DNA of 64,000 bases from Octopus vulgaris (Eukaryota). The DNA lies in NCBI GenBank assembly GCA_951406725.2, contig OX597817.1, positions 94,736,001 through 94,800,000 of the forward strand, in the 5' to 3' direction. Positions 1-13,114 of the stretch are shown here, one piece after another. The notes under the pieces were generated by a model, which searched no databases, had not been told where the DNA came from, and worked only from the letters and a program-made list of their open reading frames with translations. The translations under genes and the position numbers were made by a program. The first letter of the stretch is position 1. Each line of letters starts with the position of its first letter.

Positions 1-219
1 AGTTCATGTAGTCGTGTGTCCCTGGTGCTTGCAGTAGAAACTATAGTACAAATCCTTTTTGCTAGGTTGAAGGGGATACTCATTCTAGTGTGTCTGGGGT
101 GGCATGAGTTGAACAATAGATATTGCCTGGAGTCCGTGGGCTTATAGTATATATCTGTTTCTATTACGTTGTTAGATTTCTTAATGAGGATGTCGAGAAA
201 AGGAAGTTCTTTTATAATT

Positions 220-412
220 TTATTCGTTTCAGTCATTTAACTGCGGCCATGCTGGAGCACAACCTTCAGTTTCCGCATAATAAATCCACTCACAAGGCTT
301 TCGTCAGCCCGAGGTTATAGTAGAAGACACTTGCCCAAGGTGCCACGCATTGGGTCTGAACCCGTAACCATGTGGCTGGTAAGCAAGCTACTTACCACTC
401 AGCCACTCCTGC

Positions 413-415
<3 letters not shown>
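220..415 (-). mobile_element. tRNA-derived SINE (family A), internally deleted copy
   Basis: Reverse complement begins gacgcaggagtggctgagtggtaag (A box) ... gggttcagaccc (B box) and ends with the tail gctccagcatggccgcagttaaatgactgaaac shared with copies at 18621, 23002 and 26300. Confidence 0.85.
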
Positions 416-460
<45 letters not shown>

Positions 461-688
461 CGAGAGAAGAGAGGGAGAGAGAGAGAGAGAGAGAGAGAGA
501 TACACAAAGAAAAAATATTAAGTAGTGCAATACAGTAATATTGCTCCCAGCAAAAACAAAGCACCATCAGGTTAAAGTATAAATAATATAGTGGTACAAA
601 TTTTTCACTGTTCTAGGTCTGTTAACGGCTAGGCGTTTCAGACGAGTATATACTGGTATTGATGTAGTGACATTTGAGATTTTATCTT

Positions 689-766
689 GGTAGATTTGGC
701 CGATGAGAACTAATCAAATTTACATTAACAAACGTAATTTGGTAAGTTCGAAACCTAGGTACTACC
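689..766 (+). ncRNA. Type I hammerhead ribozyme-like motif, U4C core variant
   Basis: CCGATGA (700-706); helix II gaact/agttc with extended hairpin; GAAA (750-753); palindromic helix III ACCTAGGT; GUA site; ctacc (762-766) complementary to ggtag (689-693). Confidence 0.6.
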
Positions 767-949
767 TTATCCACATCTGGGTTGTACATTTATTTAATGT
801 CCTTCCTACAGGTAAGATGAATTTTTTTTATGTTCACCACTCGGTAACATTTTGCATGTATATATATCTATATACAGTGAAGCTTTACTATAGCGTCGTA
901 TATTATCGGCTGCTATTTCCAGTAAATATTAGCGCATTGTTGTACCACT

Positions 950-953
950 ATCT

Positions 954-1013
<60 letters not shown>

Positions 1014-1015
1014 TG

Positions 1016-1071
<56 letters not shown>

Positions 1072-1270
1072 AATATATATATACATGTATATATACATAT
1101 ATATATACATAAATATATATATACATGTATATATACATATATATATACATGTATATATACATATATATATATACATATGTGTGTGTGTGTGTGTGTGTTT
1201 GTGTGTATATATATATATTTATGTATGTATGCATGTATGTATTTATGAATGTATGTATGTGTGCACACAC
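950..1270. repeat. Compound (TA)n/(TG)n/(TATG)n microsatellite, representative of dozens across the window
   Basis: Direct reading; explains the [12 protein letters not shown] ORFs. Confidence 0.95.
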
Positions 1271-1363
1271 GTTTGTATATTAATTGATGCAAAATCAATA
1301 AGAAACCTTTATTGGGTACAAGAAGCCTTATTGACCCAAGATGCTGAGGACAATACATAGATG

Positions 1364-1755
1364 AAATAAAAAGGAAAATAGCACTCCGTCGGTTACGACG
1401 ACGAGGGTTCTAGTGATCCGATCAACGGAACAGCCTACTCGTGAAATTAACGTGCAAGTGGCTGAGCACTCCACAAACACGTGTACCCTTAATGTAGTTC
1501 TCGTGGAGATTCAGCGTGACACAGAGTGTAACAAGGCTGGCCCTTGGAAATACAGGTACAACAGAAACAGGAAGAAAGAGTGAGAGAAAGTTGTGGTGAA
1601 ATAGTACAGCGGTGTTCGCCACCATCCCCTGCCGGAGCCTCGTGGAACTTTATGTGTTTTCGTTCAATAAACACTCACAAAGACCGGTCTGAGAATCAAA
1701 ACCGCGATCCTACGACCGCGAGTCCGCTGCCCTAACCACTGGGCCATTGTGCCTC
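1364..1755 (-). mobile_element. tRNA-derived SINE (family B), possibly with a Nin/Deu-like conserved domain
   Basis: Reverse complement head gaggcacaatggcccagtggttagggcagcggactcgcggtcgtaggatcgcggttttgattctc is tRNA-like with A and B boxes; a degenerate body homologue lies at ~60740-60850. Confidence 0.75.
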
Positions 1756-3111
1756 TGCAAAGGCAAAAAATAATCAAGAAAGAACAAAAGGTGAAGTTAA
1801 CAAAAAAAAGTTTCTCCAATACAGGACAGCAACGAATAAAATTATGACGAACATCCAACACACAGCCTGTGCTTCCAAAGTTCTTGGTACCAACTTACAG
1901 CTATAAAATTTATTTGGGCCCAAACTTGCTGCTGGAGAGGCTGCTTCTTTATGAGAATCCTACAGTGTTTACAGTTTTTGTTCGGGTGTTTTTCTTAACA
2001 CGTTTAAATTTTACACTTGTAAAACTGTATCTGTTTATAACTGTGTTTCTCTGTTTTTCCGTTTGTATTTCTACTCTAATCTCTATTTGTGCTTTCAAGA
2101 CTTCAAAAGATCACTGGGATGCTTATTGCTCTTACCCTTTTTATAATTAACACTTCATCCAAGTATTCCATAGGTGTCTATATTGAACCACTGATAAACG
2201 AAGTAAAATGAATGTTTACAAAAGTATATGTGCACAATAAAAATACCTAAGGATTGAACTTCTAATCTACGTGTTTCTACAAGTAAATGGAGATAACAGT
2301 CAAACACCCTGAAGCCCTTTCTTTGAAGCTCTTTCTTTCTGCCAAGTAATCTTGGCAGGAACTATCTTCTACGTGGGAATCTGTGGAAGTGTGTGTATAG
2401 CCAAAAACAAATTTTTTTTTTTTGGGGGGGGGGTTCCACCAGAGCGACGAAACAGGAAAATTATTTGAACAATTTTTTTTTTAAATGTAGAAGAGGTTTC
2501 TGAGTATGTATGATATGAAGACGGGAAGTGGAAACATGATTAAATAGATAATAACAGATAGAGGCAACAGAAGATGGTTGAAATTGACACAACGTTTTGA
2601 ATATCCGAGGGAGATGTGATATCAATTATATGAAACAGTATTTTAGTAGTAATTTTTGTTAACCCCTGAAGGTTGAAAGCTTGATACTTACAATTGTTTT
2701 AAAATCACATGGCTCCACTTTGTTCGTCCTTAATAATCGAGCGCTCTGTAGATGATTCAACTGTTCCAAAGAACGGTGTCTAGGCTTCAATGGGCAGCCA
2801 GCTGGTAGAAATTTGGGGCATACCTCGTGAATTTTACTACGTAAAAGTTCAAAAAATAAAACAATTTATAACGTTAATAATAGGTTCACAGCACAAATAT
2901 GGTTCATGTTTCGATCTCACTGCTCGACACTTTGAGAAAGTGTCTTCTATTTTTACCAAAGATTGAAAATTCTTTGCGTGTAACATTCAGTAGACAGAAA
3001 TTACGCAGAAGTTCATCGCATGGGTTATGTTGGCTATTTGTATTATGCTTTTGCTTTTGCAATTTGCTGCAAATATTCATTGTTAATTACTTTCGGTTAA
3101 TTTTGAAGTAG

Positions 3112-3328
3112 TACAGAGCTGTCATCGCCCTCTTATATAGTTTTCTCTCAGCTTTAATAATACAGGACTACCACAGCTCTCTTACATACTGTGTGCTTAG
3201 CTTTAATAATACAGCGCTATCATAGCTCTCTTACATAATCTGTATCTAGTTTAATGACACTGCGTCATCGCATTCCTCGAACATAATCTTACCTAGCTTT
3301 AATAATACATAGCCTGCTTACATAATCA
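3112..3328. repeat. Degenerate ~49-bp minisatellite, 4-5 units
   Basis: Recurring agctttaataataca and ctctcttacata motifs at ~49-bp spacing. Confidence 0.7.
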
Positions 3329-3329
3329 G

Positions 3330-4243
3330 TTTCACGATAACACAATTGGCAAGGCTTTGTTCGATATTCTAATTCTAGAATAGGTTTGGACGAGATAGTA
3401 TTCTATCCAATTGCTTAACACTAAAGAAACTCTCATCATTAATACAATGATCCCTCCACTGTATCTCCATGGTATCTGGTTAAAAACAGGAACAGAATGG
3501 TACTGCTGTTGTAATAGGAGGAAGCGACGATCATAGTGAGCCAGAGCTCTAGCTAAACACATGTATTTCACCAATATACGTATCGATAATATAGCGATTT
3601 AAAATCACAACAGGTTGAGATGTTTTCTGTGAGACCATTGTAATTCTTTTCAATACTGTACAGAGATATTATAAATGCTTGATATATCACTATAATCTGC
3701 GAAGCAATGTTATCCAGACAAAAATAGCCGGTCTTAAACATAGTGCTGAGTATCAAAAGGAATTACATGGAACACATAGTGATTACCTTCAAAAGATGCT
3801 AGTACTAATATCTACGCAGATTCAGTTAGGAACAAAAAGGCAGACTCTACATTCTTGACCCAGTTGTTCTGGGAACACAAGGAAAAGGACTTATATTCTC
3901 CCCCAATAACTCTAATAACAACAGAGCATCGCCACTAAACTCATCTCATATGTTAAATGATTACGAAATAGCAAGAATACCTTGTGAAATGTTCTTGATA
4001 CTAAAAACAAATCAAGAATAGCATTTTAGCTGAGATCACTAATATCATCTAATTGCCATAATCAGAGAAGAATCTTTCTAGCATATTACACATTTTCTCG
4101 GGGAACTGCCTTGATCAGTTGAGTATAGAACTGACTGGACACATAGCCTCCATCATTCACCAAATTTGAAGACTGCTGATTGTACATCTAATTTTTGCGC
4201 GTGAAACAATAACAATTGTATAAACTGTCAAATGATTCCAAAT

Positions 4244-4290
<47 letters not shown>

Positions 4291-5150
4291 AATACATATA
4301 CATACAGATATAAATACATACATACATGCATTGACCTCTAGGTATAGACCTAAAGTCTGTCTTACAATGTATAAACATTTGTATAAATAGTAACAATAAT
4401 AAATAAATTAATTAAATGACCTCCTTTCTAGTATTGCACTTAAACCTCTTAATGTATTTTCCTCTACTGATAGCCTTTGACCCCTTTAATACTTTCTCTT
4501 GTTCTCTTTATATTCTTATATCTGCTTTAACTCTGTAGAATTAGCAGTTAACAGCTGTATGCTGGTCAAAAGTAATGTTCTCTTTTATAAATCTCAGATT
4601 CCTGCAGCTCTAATCTAGACTTTCTGTCACCACAGAAATAGACTATTCTGTGTAGGTTGTGTACTTACACCCCTTTCCTCTCAGTTGTCCCATAATGCCC
4701 TATTTGGATAAATTCATCGTCTCTGAGTATGAAATATCTCCTCATATCTCCGGAAATTACACCTACATTATGGATGGATTTACCTTTTCAGTGAAGCTAA
4801 CAAGCTTTTTTAAAACCTTTTATAAAACTGTGCATCATTAGTGAACTTTGGAAATCTGCTTACAATCTAAATTTGCTTTTTATAGAACTCTCTTCGATAC
4901 TTCATGTGTGTAGCCTCACCCCCTAGGATTTTGGGAAAACTCATATGTATTTTGGCTGATGAATACGGGACACTTGTATTTGCTGCAATATTTGCAGCTT
5001 TTAATAAAGCTGGTCTTCGTATGAAACAATTGTACTGAACAACTAATCCATTCTTGTTGCTTTTTTCTTGTTTATAATCACCCCACATCATTTTATGGTT
5101 AATACCATATAGATTTCTGATGCATCTAAGTTAAGTACCCCACTCATGTG
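3330..5150 (-). pseudogene. Highly decayed Penelope-like element RT region (Naiad-like motifs)
   Basis: Minus-strand fragments in the expected order: VISGDM..RKG.KY-like (~4720-4660), STCCDFKSLY (RT motif 3-like, ~3620-3590), PWRYSGGIIVL (decayed RYIDD, ~3470-3440); many stops and frameshifts. Confidence 0.5.
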
Positions 5151-5192
5151 AATTCATTGGAACTCACTTGAATCTTAATTGCTTTTACTGAA

Positions 5193-5233
<41 letters not shown>

Positions 5234-7414
5234 TTTATTTATTTATTTATTCATGTAGGTTTATTTGTGTGCATGCATGTGGCGGTTTTTAGTATTATTG
5301 TGTTTTTCTGTATTTTTTATATACTGATACTTGTTCGTAATTATACCTTTATATTTATGTATATTGATACGTATTCAATTTTGGTTTTCAGTATATGGTT
5401 ATACACTTAGTATGAGTCAATGTACTAAACATAATATATATATATATGCATATTTTTTTATATATTCATGTTTGTCTCTTTGTATACATGCATGTGATAG
5501 TTTTAAGTATTATTTTATGCTATCTTCTTGTATATTAGATATTATATATGGACTTCAGTACACATTTGTATAGATGGTGTTTGTACTGGTCTGTAAGTAT
5601 GTAGGAATATATGTGTGTATATATCGATGTATGTATTATGTATGTATGTTTATAGGTTAGTGTATATATGTATGTGTGTATATATATATATGTATAGGTG
5701 CATTGTATGGCTATGTATATGGGTGCATATTGACACATATGTTTTTGCATGTAGTAGGACTTTTACTAGCATTGGTATTTGTGTTTTTTCACATTTAACT
5801 ATGCTGTATAATTGTTATATTGTGTGTATATTAGTATATACTCCCTACATGCTTGTATTGGTTTGTGCATTTTTCTATGTATATATACCCCTTTCGTTAA
5901 TACTAATCGGATTGAACTTCTAATGTTTGCCTTTTGCATCAATCTATCCTTGTTTAATTGTAGGCATACCTATTGGGGTTAATTTTTGCAGGCATCCGTA
6001 TATTTATTGAGGCAGAAATGTGGATGCATGAATATACGCGTTTGGATTAGTGTGCTCGTAGGAATAAGTATGCATTGTATATGTATAGCTGGTTTTGTTT
6101 ATGTGGTGCATAAATAATGTAAGGCTACGTTGTCCATCGAATTTGCATAAATTTGCATATATGTGCATGTATGTATAAATGCAAGTCGTGGGTGGAAAAT
6201 AATTCGGTGGACATAGTTGTTTATTAACGTATTGCATAATGATATATAAGCTTGCGTTTTCAATCGTTTACTTTTTGGTTTTAGTATACTTTGATGTGTA
6301 TGTATGTATAAATGCAATTCCGCATATGTAAAATAAGATAATAGATATAATTATTATTTTTTATTTTTATTTTTGTTTACTTTTATTCAACATTTTATTC
6401 AGTTTAGATAAACTATTATGATCTGTTTAATTAACTTTCTGACCCCATATTGTTTTGAAACGGGCCTAACGGATGCGTTTAAATGATTTAGCCAAGAGTT
6501 TACGTGACTGCTCCCTGAACCTTAATATATTTTAAATATTTAATATGCATTGGTTAAATAGCCAATATTTTAAATGACTGCTCCCTAACCCCCAGTACAA
6601 TTTTAAATATCTTTATATATTTAATATTCATACTTTAACGCAAACCTCGGACTAAATTTAACTTGGACATGGAGTTTAAGTTACTACTATGTTTTTTAAA
6701 ATTAAATTTATTTGATTATGCGGATATATTAACTTTAATATCCATATAACAGGAATGTAAACACTGTGAAATCTAATATGCATATAACGGGGACTTATAT
6801 TTTGTGGAACTGACCTTACCTGGACTTGTAATTCGGACTGAACGTTTTGGATGCTAGAATTTAACCTATTCGTGTTAGCGGATGCTTTAAGTATTATTTA
6901 GATTATGTTTGTATAATATATTCATACGCAAATATCTTGTTTGTGCATATGTGTATATATATGTGTGCATGTGTGAACATTTATACTTGGTAACTTGTTT
7001 CATGAATTTTTATTACGCTGTTTAGTATTACCGTTAAAACAACATTACTGTTGGTTTTGTTAAAAGTGGTAGTATATTACGTTGGAATGCATTTACTGAA
7101 CTATACAAAGCATGATAATCCAATGTAATGTGATATACTGTTCAATGTTGTTCTTTATGTTTTTGCACATGTGATTAATATGTACGATTTGCCTATGTGT
7201 GTATATGTATGTATATTTGTATATTTTATAAGTATATATATGTTTATGTATATATATATATATATGCGTGTGTGTGTGCGCGCGTGTGTGTGTGTGTGTG
7301 TGTGTATTTTGAATATCTGTCTTATTATTTATTTTTTTGTTTTTATTGGATAGTATGGGAAGCATGTTTTTTTTATATATCAATATTATTATTATAATTT
7401 TATAGTTATGTATA

Positions 7415-7539
7415 TCCTCTGACGAGGTTATTTAAGCACACTAATATAATCTTTAATGCCTAGGACTATATGACAATGGCATCTATGGCCAATTTAAGTT
7501 AGATTGTCTCTTGACCATAGGCTGAAACAGCTGTAAGGA
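7415..7539 (+). ncRNA. Type I hammerhead ribozyme-like motif with long helix II insert
   Basis: Helix I tcct/agga; CTGACGA (7419-7425); GAAA (7524-7527); palindromic helix III ACAGCTGT; GUA site; followed by a T-rich tail and (TA)n, as in PLE pLTRs. Confidence 0.7.
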
Positions 7540-7701
7540 GCAGTTTATTTGTATTATTTTTATTTTATTATTAATTTGCGTATTGATGTATATTGTTTTG
7601 TTCGATTTTCATGTTCCTATTTGTATAATTAATAAATAATGTGAAATTGTAATATCCGCAAGTTGATGATCGAAATGAATTTGTTTCTCCATTTACTTAT
7701 T

Positions 7702-7754
<53 letters not shown>

Positions 7755-7793
7755 TTGCTATGCTTGATCGCTAAATCTCCAAATTTTTTATTC

Positions 7794-7826
7794 CTTTCTG
7801 AAGAGTATAGGCTTGAAACGTAAAGG
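7794..7826 (+). ncRNA. Minimal type I hammerhead-like motif in a PLE pLTR remnant
   Basis: cttt-CTGAAGA-g tataggct t-GAAA-CG-TA-aagg; the downstream 7850-7913 sequence matches the 3' end (12680-12742) of the decayed PLE at 11725. Confidence 0.6.
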
Positions 7827-8099
7827 ACCTTTTACTTTCCCGAGCGTCAAACTAATACACCTGCTTGTTGTTCATACACTTATCTTCGTCTTTTGTTTTT
7901 CTGTAAATTTCAGCTATATGTGTGTATGTGTGTGTATTTATATATATATTTATATATGCATACATATGTGCAGTATCTATAAACCCAACAAAATACGACC
8001 AAAGTGTTCAGTATATATATAGGCAATCCAACCACCCCAAAAGCATTATTAAAAATCTAATATAGAACGTATCTCTAAGACTCTCTTCTTTATCTTCAA

Positions 8100-8380
8100 A
8101 CAAAGAATGCTAAGAATAGAAAAAGCAAATCATCTGGCTTAATGTTCCCTTCACCAAACAAGTCGCAAATCTCCACACCAATAGCTAGATTATTTTTTAA
8201 AATGCTGCAAAAACACTTCCACTCCAACTACAAAAATTACAAACTAATAAACAAACACAACGTAAAATTGTCATATTCCACAACCAACAACTTTGAAAAT
8301 ACTATAGCCAACTACAACTACCAAAAATTGTCTGAAAGTGAAAACCTAAACCACGTACATACTAACGATTGCAATTGAAG
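8100..8380 (+). pseudogene. PLE linker fragment homologous to the 13014 ORF
   Basis: LFFKMLQKHFHSNYKNYKLINKHNVKLSYSTTNNFENTIANYN aligns by eye with QFREAVARNFPRNSRHYSTINSHKVRIAFSNTRNLSQIIASHN. Confidence 0.7.
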
Positions 8381-9204
8381 AACGCTTTTATCCAGCCGTC
8401 TCCAAGGAAATTGACTCTCAATAGCGCAATTGTAACCCTTATTCAATTTATCTTTTTAATCTGACTTTTTTATTTTTTAACATTTAAATCATTTTTTAAA
8501 AAGTAAATTTTATTTTTATTCCCATTTCTATACAAGAGTATAAACAGTTTTTATAATTCTCCCACTTTCTCATATATCCCTAGGCCTACAATAATATATT
8601 AAAAAATATCCACATTTGAAACAGAATTGAAGAAATATTTGTAGACACATATCACACAAACTTTGTCTCCATAAAACACTAAGCTTAACATTTTTACATA
8701 TTAATTAAATTACTTATAGAACTAAGAACCCCTACTGAGAAATATACTGACCAACAACCTTTACACCTAACCACTTCCTCTTGTCAACATCACATCTTAT
8801 TGTGTACCCCTAGAAAAAAGTCTGACACGCCCAATTACTAAGCTTTTAAATGCTGGACTAAACTTTGAACTTGGACTTGTACATTGCCAAAGCAGAGGAT
8901 TAAAGCCAAAAATAAGAAAAACTAATGACACATCTGCTGACCAAAACACTTCCTAAACCTACCTAATCCTTTTTGTAAACCACTAAAAGACAACCCCATA
9001 ACCTGAACTCTTATACCAGATTATCAAACGTATAACCCCAAATTTAGTCAATAAAAAATCTCCCACTACATCTCACCATCAAATTCACACTAAAACCTAA
9101 TTACATTCAAATGAACCCTACAAATCCTAGAAGAATTTTATATATATAAAGCCACAATAAACTTAATGAATCGTGTATATATATATATATATATTTATAT
9201 ATAT

Positions 9205-9645
9205 GAAAAAACAAGTCAAAAATAGAAAATGCTAAGATAATTTTATAGTGAACATTTCAGTACCGGTTTCGGTCATTTTGAGACCTTTTCAACTGTAACG
9301 ATTAAATAATTAAATTTAGAAAAATTAGAAGAAAAGTTTTTTTAAAGGAATATTTCTATAGTAGTGTTCAGATATAAGTGGCATTCTGCCTTTCTCTGAC
9401 TCCCTTGTTTGCACTTGTGTGTTGGAGGTCGTTGTGAGTTCTTGGTAGGGTAGTAGAAGAAGAAGGCTGATGAGGAAAGGGGGTGGGAAAATCTGGGAGT
9501 GCCCTGATGGTCGTATTTTGAATGGTCAGTGGCGGCTAGCAGTCGCAGTTCAATTCAGGAGAATATTTCTATTGAAAGGCGTGTTTATGGAATTTGCGTA
9601 GGTGTTATACTAAAAAACATTAGTGACAAAGTTAAGGGGTAGAAG
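9205..9645 (-). mobile_element. 3' end/pLTR of a PLE (GIY-YIG C-terminus remnant plus hammerhead)
   Basis: Minus strand encodes a decayed ...KYSPELN end typical of PLE GIY-YIG C-termini, then a UTR, a hammerhead and (TA)n. Confidence 0.55.
9255..9298 (-). ncRNA. Type I hammerhead, compensatory C3U/G8A core variant
   Basis: Reverse complement ttacag-TTGAAAA-ggtc tcaaaat gacc-GAAA-CCGG-TA-ctgaaa: helix II 4 bp perfect, helix III palindromic, helix I cag/ctg. Confidence 0.75.
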
Positions 9646-9649
9646 GTGG

Positions 9650-9875
9650 AGAAGTAGAAGAAGAAGAAGAAGAAGAAGAAGAAGAAGAAGAAGAAGAAGA
9701 AGAAGAAGAAGATGACGATGTTGATGATGATGATGATGACGAAGAAGAAGAAGAAGAAGAAGAAGAAGAAGAAGAAGAAGAAGGAGAAGGAGAAGATGAT
9801 GATGATGATGATGGTGGTGATGATGATGACGACGATGATGATGATAATGATGAAGAAGAAGAGGAAGAAGAAGAA
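9650..9875. repeat. (GAA)n/(GAT)n compound microsatellite
   Basis: Direct reading. Confidence 0.95.
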
Positions 9876-9879
9876 AAAA

Positions 9880-10190
9880 TTGGCATAAAAATATAGAAAA
9901 ACTCATAGAATTCCAGGAAATTTTAAACGGACTGGACGTAAACATCCAATTCACGATGGAATATAGCCAGCAACAACTCCCCTTCCTCGATATCCTCATT
10001 AAGAAAGCTAATAATACAATAGAAACAGACATATATTATAAGCCTACAGACTCTAAGCAATATCTTCCATTCAATTCATGCCACCCCAGACACACCAGGA
10101 TGAATATCCCCTTCAATCTAGCAAAAAAAGATATGCACTATAGTCTCTAACGCAAACACCAGAGACACAAGACTACAAGAACTAAAATAT
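9880..10190 (+). pseudogene. PLE reverse transcriptase fragment (motifs 6-7/thumb)
   Basis: ILNGLDVNIQFTMEYSQQQLPFLDILIKK...TDIYYKPTDSKQYLPFNSCHPRHT. Confidence 0.85.
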
Positions 10191-10220
10191 ATATCAACTC
10201 GTGTGTTCCTTTTCACCCTT

Positions 10221-10910
<690 letters not shown>

Positions 10911-10912
10911 AT

Positions 10913-10962
<50 letters not shown>

Positions 10963-11022
10963 GCGCGTGCACACACACACACACACACATCATTCCCAGA
11001 TCAGTAAAGAATTCTTTTATTA

Positions 11023-11258
11023 TTTTACTTGTTTCAGTCATTTGAATGCGACCATGCTGTAGTACTGCCTTAAAGATCCTTTTTAATCGAAGAAATCGAC
11101 CCCACGACATTTTCTTTGTAACCCTAGTACTTATTCTATCTGTCTCTTTTACCGAACCGCTTACTTACATCGCTGGACATCCAGCATCGGATGTCCAGCG
11201 ATGATGTGAGGACAAACACAGACACAAACACACACATAAATATACATACATACATACA

Positions 11259-11337
<79 letters not shown>

Positions 11338-11490
11338 GACAGGCTTCTATCAGTTTCCGTCTACCAAATCCACACACGAAACTTTGGTTGGCCCGTGGCT
11401 ATAATAGATGACACGTGCCCAAAACACCACACAGTGGGACTGAACCTGGAACCATGTGATTGGGAAGTTGCTTCTTTCCTCTTAACCACA
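11023..11490 (-). mobile_element. tRNA-derived SINE (family A) with internal microsatellite
   Basis: Reverse-complement match to the 18621 copy in both halves. Confidence 0.85.
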
Positions 11491-11628
11491 ACTGATGAAA
11501 TTTTATTTTCATTTTTCTCTGTAATGACATCGCTAAAAAATATCACCCTCGAGGGACTACTTGCATGTATGCGGGTATACATTTATGTATGTGTATGCGT
11601 ATATAAGTATATGTATACAGATAGATAA

Positions 11629-11724
<96 letters not shown>

Positions 11725-11725
<1 letters not shown>

Positions 11726-12742
11726 AACGTGCTCCCGAACTATACGGTCGTTATATTGATGACTGTATCGGTGCAACCTCACTCCCCCGAGAACAACTAG
11801 ACTCCTTCCTCTCTTTTCTCCAAGCCTTCCATCCTACCCTCGAATTCTCTTGCACCATTCCCAACACTTTCATCGCCTTTCTCGGCATTTCGGTCAACAT
11901 ATACAATTTCACTCTCACTAACTCCATCCATTACAAACACCGACTCATACCTCATACCTCAACCCACCCAACCCACACCAAGCTCTTCATCCCCTACTCA
12001 CAATTCCTCCATCTGCACAGATTCTGAAGTGACAACCATGACTTTGAGACTCAGTTTCAACTCATGGCTCACTACTTCATCCTTTGTGGATATCCCCTCA
12101 CCACTATCCACATTGCCCTTGCCAGAGCACTTCCGTGGACTGCGTGTCTGCCTTCTCTCTCTTCTCACCCGCTCCGCCGTTGTCTGTATCACGTCTCCCC
12201 TCACCTACCACCACTCCACTCTGCCCCTCCATTACACCATTCTCTGAACCTTCCGGTGACAACTGCCCGACCCCTCCACCTCGCACATCTTCCTCAGCCT
12301 ACCCCTTCCCTCCTTCAGACCAGACCACAACCTAAGTGACCTCCTGGTCCACAGTTTTTTCCCTAACCTCCACCTCCCAACCTGGCTCGGTCCCCTACTC
12401 CCACCACGCTGCTGCATTTGCCCATACATCTCCAACATCACCACCCTCACAGGCACCCATTATCGTCCCTATCATAATACCGGCTTTTTTACCTGCAATT
12501 CTAGCAACGTCATTTACTGCATTTCCTGCTCTTTCTGCCCTCCTCTGTACATCGGTAAAACGGGACACCGCTTGGCTGACCAGTTCGCGGACACCCCGAT
12601 CTCGGGCCATTTCCGCTTTACCGGTCATTCAGTACAACACCTGTCTGCATTCGGATTGTCTTTGCACAGGGGGCATCTAAACTAATACACCTGCTTGTTT
12701 TCTATACAACTGTCTTCCTCTTTTTTTTCTGTAAATTTCAGC
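11725..12742 (+). pseudogene. Decayed Penelope-like element (RT C-half + GIY-YIG)
   Basis: LYGRYIDDCIGA at ~11740; CNSSNVIYCISC..C..LYIGKTGHRLADQFA at ~12490-12590; frameshifted; ends in a pLTR tail and (TA)n. Confidence 0.85.
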
Positions 12743-12910
12743 TATATATATATATATATATATATAATTGAGTAGTTGAATGAATTATCTTATTATGGAT
12801 AATTCGGTTAACCGATACCTGGGTAGCAAATTCACGTCAGAAAAACACGGTTGAAGCTACATGCCTAGGACAGAGATCACGTGCTATCGTGTGGAAATTT
12901 TTTAATGCAA

Positions 12911-13114
12911 ATAAATGAAAGAATGGAGTTGAACGACGAATTAACAAAATTCCTTTATTTTATTTTCGACATGTTTCGAAGGCTGCATATTCCTAATTTC
13001 GAAGGAATAAGGGGTGCATTATGCCGCCTTCTCATCAAGAAAAGTAAGGAACTTATGTCAGCATCAAGATGCACAAACATTTTTAGATGCCTGCCTACAC
13101 GGAGCCCATAGCGA
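12911..13114 (-). repeat. Inverted pLTR copy (5')
   Basis: Reverse complement of 15732-15935 with about six substitutions by my count. Confidence 0.92.
12963..13043 (-). ncRNA. Type I hammerhead in the inverted pLTR (C3U core)
   Basis: Reverse complement ttttc-TTGATGA-gaaggc...gccttc-GAAA-CATG-TC-gaaaa. Confidence 0.75.

Noticed and set aside
1685-1755. tRNA-like sequence
   Set aside because: It is a SINE head: degenerate B box, no proper acceptor stem, and continuous with the SINE body
3112-3328. Repeat-spacer-like periodicity (CRISPR-like)
   Set aside because: Intervening parts are homologous to one another; eukaryotic context; no cas genes
12881-13111. 76-aa ORF repeated on the opposite strand at 15735
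   Set aside because: A consequence of the inverted pLTR; overlaps the hammerhead; no evidence it is a protein
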